Shown here: positions 38,799 to 50,235 of the stretch, one piece after another | Numbering within the stretch: the first letter of the stretch is position 1 | Layout of the letters: each line of letters starts with the position of its first letter | From: Paragordius varius | Lineage: Eukaryota > Animalia > Nematomorpha | Length of the DNA: 64,000 nt | Reading direction: 5' to 3' | Assembly (NCBI GenBank): GCA_964247055.1 | Contig: OZ176052.1 | Coordinates: forward strand, 10,354,001 to 10,418,000 | The notes under the pieces: model-generated | What the model was told of the DNA's origin: nothing | The model's database searches: none | The model's input: the letters and a program-made list of their open reading frames with translations, nothing else | Position numbers and translations under genes: made by a program

Positions 38799-41700
38799 TT
38801 AGGGTACCACCGAATCTCCCAACTCCTCATTTATAAAATTGGCATATTTTCCAACCAAATAATATGGTTGATCCGCACGTTGGCACACTCTATCTTTCCT
38901 TATGGCATAAAGAGTGTCTGCTTGATTTTTCCTCCTGCTGCAAATCATAGGCATTCCCAAATCATTCTATATATGATACACCAATTTTCAATTAGAACAG
39001 AATAAAATTTCTTATTTAAATTAAACGTTCTAATTAGCGAAAGAATTATTTTGATAATAAACAATGGAATATACTTGGCATTCATAATCGTGATCTTCCA
39101 CATATAAATTCCTAACATTCATGACTTCGGAAGCGCTTGTTGCCTTAAATTGTCTTGGGCGAACTCTATGATATTCACGATCTGTGTTTTGGGATATGGT
39201 TTTCTTACTTGGGTAGAAAACTAAATTTTAATATATGGGATAGTTAATTGATACAAAAATAAGCATTTTATAAAAACAAAATTTAAATTAGTTTAAAAAA
39301 TTAAATCTTACACGATTCTATTTTGTTAGTCCAAGCTTGATATACGCCAAATCTGTATATATCGCAAGCGGTATACGGAGTAAATTGTACAGCCAAAGAA
39401 AGTGGTGAAACATCTTGTTCTTCTCTAAGCACCACTAAGGACAAAGGATTGTTTTCGGGCCCATTCACAATTCGTTCCACTTTAAGGTTTAAATTTCTTA
39501 GAGTGTATCCTCCTTGGATTGATATATCTTCTGGTCTAAATATTAAAATTAATTATACCACACAACGAAACTTTTGGCTATTTTTTAAAATGATTTATAA
39601 AAACCAATTTCACAAAGTAGAAAATATTTTATATAACAAAATGATTGAAACACATAAATAATACCGAACGTTTTCCACACATTCCTTCAATGTTAGGATG
39701 TGTCTTTTGGAAACATAGCTGCCTTGACAGTTTTTGGATGGGAGTACAAGTTTTACCTATTATTATATTTTATTGATTTAATTTACACTCTGTGCTAAAA
39801 TTTGCATATAAACAATCTCTCTTTAAATTATAAATGATATTATAACTTGTTATAAACGAAAGTGTTGCAAATCCTAATATTTAAAATGATTCAAACTCAC
39901 CATTTTTAGCGCTCTTTATAATAATTTGGGTTAGATATTATTTTTGATCGAATGATTAAAAGTTTAATAAAAAAACAATATTTTCGATTATTATGAAGGT
40001 TAATTAGAGGCGTGATGGTATAGTAGGTACGCCGGACTCTCACACTGCGTGCCTGAGTTCGAACCCTGAAACTACACATTTTTTCCATCATCACTGGCCC
40101 TGGGCAGGCGAGTGTTTAAGCCTTCACATGCCCGGATATACAATTTAAGTCCTTACACTTAAATACCTGTTAAAAAGCCAAAATTTGTGAAATAATTATT
40201 TTACATTATAGCTTGCCTGTTCTTTTCGTATTATGCAATAAGTCAGGATCGGATGCATGTTTCAGAAGATATTATCAATTAATTGAGAAAATTTTAAAAA
40301 TTCTAAATGTTATTATAAAAGCAAAAATTCTACCCTTTTAAAAAGCCACTTTTAAACCGTAAATGTGTGTGAAAAATTAATAAAAATAATTTTAAATGAA
40401 TTCAGAATTTGATTATTATTATTAAAGTAGGGTAAGTATACATTACTAGATTTTCATTAAAGATTGCCAAATAGCATATACAACAAGAAGCATTATTAAT
40501 GGTAGTTCAAAGTAAAAAAACTGAATATGCTATCTGGCAATCGAAAAATTAACAATATACTTAATTACTCATACTGTATATATAAATCAATAATATTTGT
40601 TAATTTTTAAATTTAAAATGCTGTATATTAGTGATAATATAAATATTATATTTTTGCTTCATATAGAATTAGACTTCGATACAAATCGAGGTAATTGAAT
40701 ACCCCAGGATAAATTAAAATTCATATTCTAAAACTCCCAAAGCGGGTGGTTCCAATAGAAATCTATGCTCCCGTCATGATAAAGTTATTAATTTAAATAA
40801 AATATATAAATAAAATCTAGATATAAAAAATTCCATATCAAACTATTTCGGCGCCATTTTTTAACACCTTTTTGGTGAAAAGTAACGCTAAAAGGTTAAT
40901 TCTCTATGTAAATCACATTTAACAATAATATCAACAAAAAAATGGTTTAATTCTTATTATTTTATTTAGCTAATGCATACATATGTTGTCTAATTCTTTG
41001 CTTTCAGGTTCCAAAAAATTGGTAACGAATCATTATGAATGAATATTTTTTATATTTCGATGCATCAATGTTATATAAATGTAAACTCTTGAAATTGTTT
41101 CAATACATTTCATTTTTTTAGGATGAACAGATCTGGGATCGTAACTAGCCCAATTTGTATCGAATAATTGAAGAGATGATTTGTATCTAATTTTAAATAT
41201 CTAACAGTGGATAGCCAATTAAGAGTAATTAGAAAATCTTAAAAATAAATTTCGATTTTTTTGTACATTTCGAGATTATATTAAACGTGATAATAGCTTC
41301 ATGTTTAGCAAACAAACAAGTCAAATATCAGTATAAAAATAAAAGATTATACTGCTGAGATCCTTATGAGAATAATGTTTATTTATTGCCATTTTATACA
41401 CATTATTTTTTAAGAAACCAGGACTTTTCTATATATTTTAATTACATATTAAAATGTTGTTTATCCAAAGCATGATTAATTTTGCATGCAGTGTAATGTA
41501 AAATAACCCCAGCATTAAAAAAATAAATATATACATGGTAAGGTTTATCCTCGTAAGATTTTACGTAACCAGTTTCATCTCTTGGGGGATCGGGCATGAG
41601 GTTGCCTAAATATTATGTGATATTCATTCTTGAGTTTTTTATTAAAAATAAATTGTCATTAAGGTTACAAGTGCATTTATTTACACAGTAGTACAAATTC

Positions 41701-43047
41701 GGGGGTGTAAAAAAATCCTACTAATAATCTGAAAAATATCAAGATTGATACTTTTGATTTAAGGGTTTATGAGTCATTTTAGAAAGTTTCCGTTTTATAG
41801 TAAATGTTTCACAAGATTAGTACACATAATGTTACATGTTTTTTTGAAGCTGAAGGCTTTAAACCAATTTGAATATTTGTATCTGAATCCAAAAAGGCTC
41901 CTATTTTACACCTAGCTAAATGGGTAATTTTTTTATATAAACGCAAAATAAAAATTTTAGAATAAATTATAAAGCCATTCTTTGTTTATTAAATATAAAA
42001 AGCTATATTTTGTCAAGCGTATTTTAAGGTTAAACACTATAAAATGCTATAACTTTTGTATTACTTCAGTGATAATAAAAAATATTTGCCTTATATATAT
42101 TTAAAAACGGTATTCACTTGTAACTTTTGAAAGCTATTCAAGTTCATCGGCATCGTATTGTGTACAAAATGTGTCATTTTTTAACTGTTTTTATACCGTT
42201 TCCAGCATGCTTTGTAATAACTTAAATTACGCTTACATAAAAGCAAAGAATATTCTAATTATTTTGATGTAATAATCTGGCGAATACTATAAAATGCACT
42301 ATCTCAGCTCTTTTGCATTTATTTAAATAAATATGGCATGGAAAATATAACAATTTTCAGGTTAGATTTATATATTAAAAACTTGAACTATGGATTTGCT
42401 TTCAACAAAAAAAAAGACATGCACTACAATAGCCATAAAAATGGAAACACTTCTTCACCCGTAATTAAACCCCACAAAAGTACTATAATCCTGATACTTT
42501 ATTTATTAGAATTTATATAACACTATATTTTATGTGCTGTTTTCCTTGAATCAATAGGCAATTTACATGCACATTTATGCTGGTTTATTCACATTATTGT
42601 TGGTCGATTGGCAACTAGTGTTTGGAAAAAAACAATAAAATGTTGAAATTAAACAATTTTTTCCTATCATTCATTACTTTGATTATTTAATTGTGAACGT
42701 AATTTGTTTTATCAAATATGCTTTACAATTGACCAATAATGTGAATAAGCCAGCATAAATGTCAATTGTATTACAAAAGAAATATGTTCGGAAGTAAAAA
42801 ATAAGAGTTATATTTATATTTTTTAATTAGTATAATTTTTTTTCGATCGGTAATGTTTATAGCGGTTAGAGTACGTAAATAAATGATATATATATTTCTT
42901 TAATCAGAACTAACCCCAATTAATAACCACAGATTTAATAAATGATTTACCATACGGTTTATAGTTTAAATTATAACTATTTTTATTACCGCCCAAAGAA
43001 TTTCCAATAACCAGTGAGATGGTTATCAATAATAAGGTCAGTTTCAT
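38799..43047 (-). CDS. Secreted trypsin-fold serine protease homolog (catalytically dead), copy 3 (older paralogue)
   Basis: Exons 43047-42990, 41605-41535, 39756-39665, 39535-39312, 39220-39075, 38966-38799; same exon lengths and phases, open frame. Signal peptide MKLTLLLITISLVIGNSLG; motifs LTLKEC, NNPLSL, NDLGMP. Confidence 0.9.
40009..40140 (+). mobile_element. tRNA-Glu-derived SINE
   Basis: A box TGGTATAGTAGG (40016), B box GAGTTCGAACC (40055) and CTCTCAC loop like tRNA-Glu(CTC). The acceptor stem does not pair and a non-tRNA tail follows. Absent from copies 1 and 2. Confidence 0.65.
42560..42770. mobile_element. Small MITE in intron 1 of copy 3
   Basis: ACATTTATGCTGGTTTATTCACATTATT vs AATAATGTGAATAAGCCAGCATAAATGT. 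Confidence 0.6.
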
Positions 43048-44929
43048 TGCAAGAAATAGAAATACTCAAAATGTAGGATTTGATAATGAGGCTCTTTTTT
43101 GGACGTCTTTTTATAGTTTTTGATGATTGCGTTATCCAAAAATCTTACGCAATATTCAATTTTTCTCTACCCTTTTGTCAAAAACAAATATGATGAAAAA
43201 GGCTCTCATTTTGTTGGCTATATTATGTCGTTTTTTCATTTTTTCCAATATTTTATTAGGTACTTTCACAACTTTTTACCCAACCCAAATTTTAATGGGT
43301 GTAAAAACAAATATTTGAATAACCTCATTTTATAAATTTTATAACGTTTAATTTTTTAGATATACATGTCGCAATAATTATGTTTATTGCAAAATGAGTA
43401 TTTTTTAATATAATAACATGACATGAAAAAATGACCTTGTATCAAAAAAATACTATGGGCTAATTGACAAGTTATAAACAAAAAATAAAGTTTTTGCCAC
43501 TGCTTTAACCTAAAATGATATAAAAAACAATTATTTAATTGATTTTTTCTTTGATTCTAAATTGGATACGATATAATTTTGATAAGGATTAATAAGATAT
43601 TTAGTCCAAATCAAGCATATAAAATAGTGATAACGCGGCCCACGGACCGCATGTGGCTTTAAATGTACTTTTTATGCCCTAAATTATTAAAATTTTTGAT
43701 TTACTTATTTGGATAATCATCTGCAAATGTGTCAAACAGCTATTATTATGGTCCTTGACACAAGAAAAATATTTATTTTAATCTTTTTAAAATATTTTGA
43801 TGAGTACCAATTAATATAAAATAAAGTTAAATTCTTTGTTTTATAAATAAATATGTCAATTAATATTACATAAAAGAAAGCGACAAGTGACATATATTAA
43901 GTATAAATAGAAACTTGCACCATTCATGTGGGAGAGAACTCAGTGTTAGAAAATGAGCCTTTGTAAAAAATTTCCGTGCTATAAAGACCATCCACTACGG
44001 TTATAAATCATATATAATGTCCCTCTTTCCAGACAAGCCAATAAAAAACTGTCAATTATGTTTTAAAAGTGAGACAAGATACGAATTAACAAAATGTACA
44101 TTTTATGTCACAACGTTATTGTTATATAAGGAGAGGAAATGTTTAAATCTATAAAAAATTACAAGCCGAATTTCATAAATAGTGATGAAACCACTAAACA
44201 ACTTGAGCAATGAAAAATTTTCTACTGCCTCTGTTCAGGTATATTTATAGCGAAAAAGATTCTTTTTTTCACATAGAATTTGGCCATATTTCAATATTTT
44301 ACCAAATTAAGAAAATCGGTTTTTCGGCAATATTAATTATATATAAAAAAGGTTTGTTACCATTAAATGTATGGGAAAGAGCATAGGATAACACTAGTCG
44401 ACAAATTTGGACATTTTAGCACCACCACTCAAACTTTTTAAATTATGACTAATTTCAGTGTTTTAAAACCGAATTTGAAAAAAATTTTGATCCCGCCAAT
44501 CAGAATTTTGAAATTTTATAGGTTTTTCAATTTTTCAAAAACAAGAGAAAATCGAGAGAAAATTAAATATAACTTTATAATAAGTTATTATATTATAAAC
44601 TTAATATCATTTAATAAAGCGTTTTAAACTCTATCTTTTGAAGATAAATATGTCATTTAAATATCAGAGAGAAAAAAGTAGTACGGACTTAAACGTCAAA
44701 ATTTAGTCTTTCTTTCAAGTGAATTTTTAACACATATAAAATTTTTTTAAAAAAATACTAAAAAAGGCATTCTATGGTTTAATGGCTTTCAGATAGGCTA
44801 TATTTTTTTTGTTAGATTTCGTTCTTTCGAGTACTTATTAGACTTTTTCTCTTGAGTTGGTTCTTATAAAAAATCTTTTATTTATACCTAGTGGATATAC
44901 CTTATTTTTTTAAAATTATTGGTTGTTTT

Positions 44930-45600
44930 GTATTTTGAATTTCAGATGGATGTTGTGCAGCCACTTTTAGTAGAATTTACTATTATGGGATTGGACCATT
45001 TGTATTTACCTAATCTTTGTATTCAATTTAATTGTAGAATTTATCTAACTTTATTCTGTGAATTGGTTAATTTGACATGTCAATTGGATTTTGCTTGCAA
45101 GTCTCTCTTATCGGGCTTTACGATTACTTATTGTTATCATTGCCATATCTGGCATAGTTATAGGATCGCTTGGGGGATATGCAGAGCTTGTGCAGCCGCC
45201 CATATCTATCACACTATACATAAGCCCCTTTTAGATTTTTAATACTTTGGCTTTTAGCTTGTTTAGTATCTTATTTAATGCCTAGAATTTGTTATCCATG
45301 CATGGAATATTACTTGTATCGACTTGCTTGTTTGAATATCTAAACATATGTACACGAGGAATGATTGTTATTTTTGAATTAAATACAAATTTAAAAATTT
45401 AATTTTGGAAAAATCCTATTGGTGGCCTCAATTTTCTTTTTTGTTTTGGCCTTTCCATGCCATTAGGTATCAGAAAATGCAAAAATAATGAGGTGGTGCA
45501 AAACCTTGTTGAGCAGTGTAATGTACCTTATGAACCAAAGAAAATTGGCGGTTGGGTCTAAATCTATTTTAAGATAGGGATTACTGGATCAAAACCTTTA
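44930..45600 (-). pseudogene. Possible decayed LTR-retrotransposon gag relic
   Basis: Higher GC than flanks. One minus-strand frame gives stop-riddled text with a knuckle-like CDRYGRLHKLC. No LTR seen. Confidence 0.25.
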
Positions 45601-46859
45601 AGCGCTTTATTTAAAAATATTTTCCGATTATTCTAAGTTCAAAATGTGGTATAGAATATATATGATATTAACAACTAACTTGTTTCTTTTTGTGTTTGTT
45701 ACCAACAGCAAACAAAAAAAATCCTGATAAAATATGTATTTTCTGATTCATGATGCATTTGTTTTCGAGGGATAAAAGAAAGTTTTACCACTCTTCTCCA
45801 TATCGAAAACCTAAATAAAAAGTTTTTGGTGAAAAGTAAAGGCTTCAATCCAATATTATAAACCATAAGAACAATATTTAAATTAATGTTTAAATAATAT
45901 GGCCTCTAAGAGTCTCAAATTTCCGGCACCTGTATATTGGGCAAATTTATTTAAAATAAACGCAAAAATATCGAGATTTTGCGATAAATATATTAAATAC
46001 CTGCTAAATTACGAAAACAAAAAAGTTTTTTCTGAAAAAATGTGTTTTGCTGGAAAATTTAATTTATATCGAAATTTCGTTGATGCGTAGTTAGTATTTT
46101 GAAGCATGATAAACGGCAAAAAACACTTTAAGATATAAAAAACTTTTTATGTATAAATCGATGATGCTTATAGAGATTTTTAGTGCCCACGAATTTCCAA
46201 AAATTACAAAATATAAAAAGTCTAAGGCTTGTTTTGCTACAATTCAAAAGAAATTAATTTTATAGTGATAATCGAATAACACTATCGATTATTCGTTATA
46301 GGGTGTTTAGAGTATTTTTAATGCCTAAAAAGGTTACATCCACCACATAATTAATTTCAATACAGTTTCTAGCGGCGATTTATTGTTTTATTCCAAGTTC
46401 TACGCGTTTATGCTGTTTTAAATCACCTGCAATTAAATGGTAAAATATAATTAGTGGTTGTTATGTATTTGTTACAAAATAAATAATAGCGCATTATATA
46501 ATAACAATTATTTAATGATGATTATGGTGTAGTTTAGAATAAATAATTAAAAAATACTGTATTATTATGCATTATACCTGAAAACATTATGCTAAACTTG
46601 GTAAAAAAATAATAGAAGAGAAATAGTCTCTTCAACTTACAAATTTTTGGTACCTGGAATATATAAAAGATTCTATAATTTTATAATAAGTGCCATTAAG
46701 TTTAATAAACTCTATTCAAATGGATATTATATTGGTTGTATTATCTTTTTAATAGATATACATCAATTTTGGTTGAAAATGATCAAAAAATCTCCGTAAA
46801 TTCAAATTTGGTGGAAAAAATATTATATTCATAAGCAAAAACTTGATTTAAGTAATTTT

Positions 46860-47950
46860 TATCACCGATCTTCAGGTGTTCACTCATGAAATATATATCT
46901 TCTAATAGGAATTGTATCAGGATTACCATGAAACTTTAGGTTACCCTTAAGAGTTATTTAAAACAGTTATTTACACATTTGTGGTAAATGCTCCATATCA
47001 GAAAATGGAAAAATTTACGCATATTTTATTAAAAATAATTTTTTTGGTGAAAGCTAATGATTCATTTTAAAAAATGTCACTAATATATATAAAAAGAAAA
47101 ACAATATTTTTAAAAAAATTTAATTTTTACATGTGGGCTCCGAAAGTCCCAAATTTTTTCGCTCTTCAAAAATGTAGAAGTTCTCTTAAAATAAAGGCAA
47201 AAATGCCGAGATTTGGCGATAAAAATTTTAAATATATGCTATTTGATATTAACTAAAATTTAATTAAAAAATTTAATTTTTAGCAAAGTTGTTGAAGCGT
47301 ACTAATACTATATAGATGCATATTGAAACGGTATATAAAGGCTTTAAGACACTCTAAAAAACTTTTTTTATATTTCGATGTTTAATATTTTTATCACATC
47401 AGAATGTTAAATATGCGTTCGTCTTTAAATTTATGATAAATACAAATTTTTTTTCACAAAAATCCATCAAAATTTTAAAGCGAACGAACCTTTAAAATAT
47501 AATTAAACGATAGAAATGTTCAGCATTATCGAATAACATAGAAAAAGTGTTTTTATAATGTAAAGCGTTTTTAAACCGCTATAATGCCTCAAAATAGTAT
47601 GAAGTATTAACAAAATAGTGCTGAAAATTAGATTTTTTAAAAAAGTTATGCATTTTCAATAAATATTTTTAGTTGATATCAAAATTTAGCATAAATTTTA
47701 TAAATTTATTGCAAAATCTCGGCATTTTTGCGTTTATTTTAAGAAAACTAGTTCATTTTAGAAGAAGGTAAAAATTTGGGACTTTCGGATATGCCATATC
47801 TAAAATTAATATTTAATAACAATACTTTTATGTACTTTAGAATATATTTTCGAGGGCTTCACCAAAAAAATTTAGTTTAGCGAAATCGCGCAAGTTTCTA
47901 TTTCCTGATATGGAGTTATAAAAGTCGTAATAACTTTCTCATCTCACTTG
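46860..47950. mobile_element. Palindromic ~1 kb MITE, same family as 27116-28110
   Basis: CTCCATATCAG vs CTGATATGGAG, CCGAAAGTCCCAAATTTT vs AAAATTTGGGACTTTCGG, AAATGCCGAGATT vs AATCTCGGCATTT. Confidence 0.7.
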
Positions 47951-49063
47951 AATTAAAAAGCATCGTAATATTCTGATTATATTTGTATATATTCATTGAG
48001 ATATTTTTTGTTTTGCATATATAAGGATAAAATTAACCTAAACTCTATATTTTTAAATATTTTTTTAGTATAACAATTTTATTAGGATTTCAAAAGTACA
48101 ATTTGATCTGAAATATATATATACAAATGTGTTTTTTATTATTTATTAACAACCTCAAAAATATCCAATACAATTTTTTTGTGCGATAATTTAATATATA
48201 TGGGGTATAATAAACTATCACATTTTTAAATGTAAATTATTTAATAATAAACTATATGAAATTTTCTATGTTTTTGTAAAAAAATATATATTGAAAAACC
48301 ACCAGCCCACTACAACATTAAAAAACGGGTATTTAGTCGATTATATTCCAAATGAAATGCAATAGTTAAATGAAAAAAGCCCTAAGGGCATTTCCATCTC
48401 TAAAAGGGTAAAGAGACGATCAACCAAAATTTTTCTGTGTTATACGGTATACGATATTAATAAAGGGTAAGGTGGTTTTCATATGCAATTAATTCCCAAA
48501 GCCATCGATTAGTGCATGAAAATATAATTTTACATACATTGTACGATGGCATTAGAAAATTACAGAAAGATGAATGTATGTATAGTATTAGTTAAGGACA
48601 AAAATGGTCATGAATGACAACAGAACAGTATGTATAAAGATAAGGAAATAAGCCATGTAATTATGGAATTTATATCCAATAACCATTAATCCAAAGTTCA
48701 AAATCGTAGCATTTAGAATATAGTATGGATGAAAATATGGTATACAAATGAGTGGCAAAAAGCCTAAACATATAACATCAAGAGATGGATTACGAACAAT
48801 AACTGTATTTAAGGTAAAATTGGGTTAGATATGGAAATTATCAAAGATTATACAAACTATTACATGAATGAATGAGTGTATATAGAATACAGCAAACACC
48901 AAAACTATATAAGTGGCAAAATATTTTAATTAAGCATAAGTGTGGTATATAAGGGATTATTGTATGAACTAACTTAATGAAATAAGTATGTATGGATGTT
49001 TTTATAACCAAAATAGTATAAAAAATCGTTGATGTATCATCATGTGTTTACTTTATGCACAAA

Positions 49064-50196
49064 TTAATCCATGCGTTCTCCATTAACCATATTCATTTCA
49101 TCAAGGGGTCCTTCATCGGGGGTTCCATTTTGGTGCTGATTGGCTTGTTGCGGATTAGGCCCATTACCAGCTCGGTCTCCAAAACGCCTTCTCCGCATAG
49201 GAGGTGGAGCCGAAGTGCTACGCGTTTGCGCAATAATTGAACGGATACGACGTTGCGCCGACTTTTATAAAAAAAAGGTATGTTTTTTTAAAAAAATATA
49301 GTAGAATAAAAAATGTATTTAAAATTAAAAGTTTATCAACAACTATCGTTGGTCGATGAATGTACAAATAATATGTATATAGATTGACTAATTTTTAAAC
49401 GTTTTCGCGTTTAATAACCATTCAAAAAACATATTAAACTATAACCAAAAGGTAATGATTAACCCTGTTAACACCATTTTTAAGCTTAAATATCTGATCA
49501 ATAACTTTGCGTTAATATCAAAAAATTTTTTTGTAGATTTGAAATTTTTTGCAAGAAATCCTATAACCTGATTGGGGTAAAATGGCCCCTGAATCGAAAT
49601 ACAACTCTGAGGGACATGTTCACGCCTTTGACGTCCATTTTCATCGTTTTCTTCTGCGGCAGCAGGCGGTTCATCAGTAACATTAATCATTGCTCCAGTT
49701 AATTTTTGTAACTCTTGCACCTTAAATAATATGAACATATAAATCACAACAAATAATTCATTGGCATATTTATTTGCCCACCAAGTAATTTAATAATGCA
49801 TAAGGCTAACACCAAAGTTTCTTTGAAAAGATCAATTTACAAATCAACTTCAAAAAGTAAAATATTTACATTTTGACCCTTGCGACCAATGATACGGCCC
49901 ACAAGAGTTGTTGGAACATAAATTTGACAAGTCAAGCTAACTTCATCCATACCAGCAAAACCTTCATTTTGAATTTTCTCAAAGATATGGAACTGAGCCT
50001 AAAAATTAATCATTTTAATTAAAAATGTTAATAAAAAAAATATATGTAAAATATTACCCTCCATTGCGCCTCAGGTGTTCCAATAATAGTTACTTTACGA
50101 GCCTTAGAGTTCTCTTCACCTTTTTCTGGTGGACTAATCTAAGGATGGATGGTAAAATTTGTTTAAAACACCTCAAAATTCAATAAATAATTTATG

Positions 50197-50235
<39 letters not shown>

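Noticed and set aside
40009-40080. Functional tRNA-Glu gene
   Set aside because: A/B boxes and anticodon loop are present, but the acceptor stem does not pair and a SINE-like tail follows.
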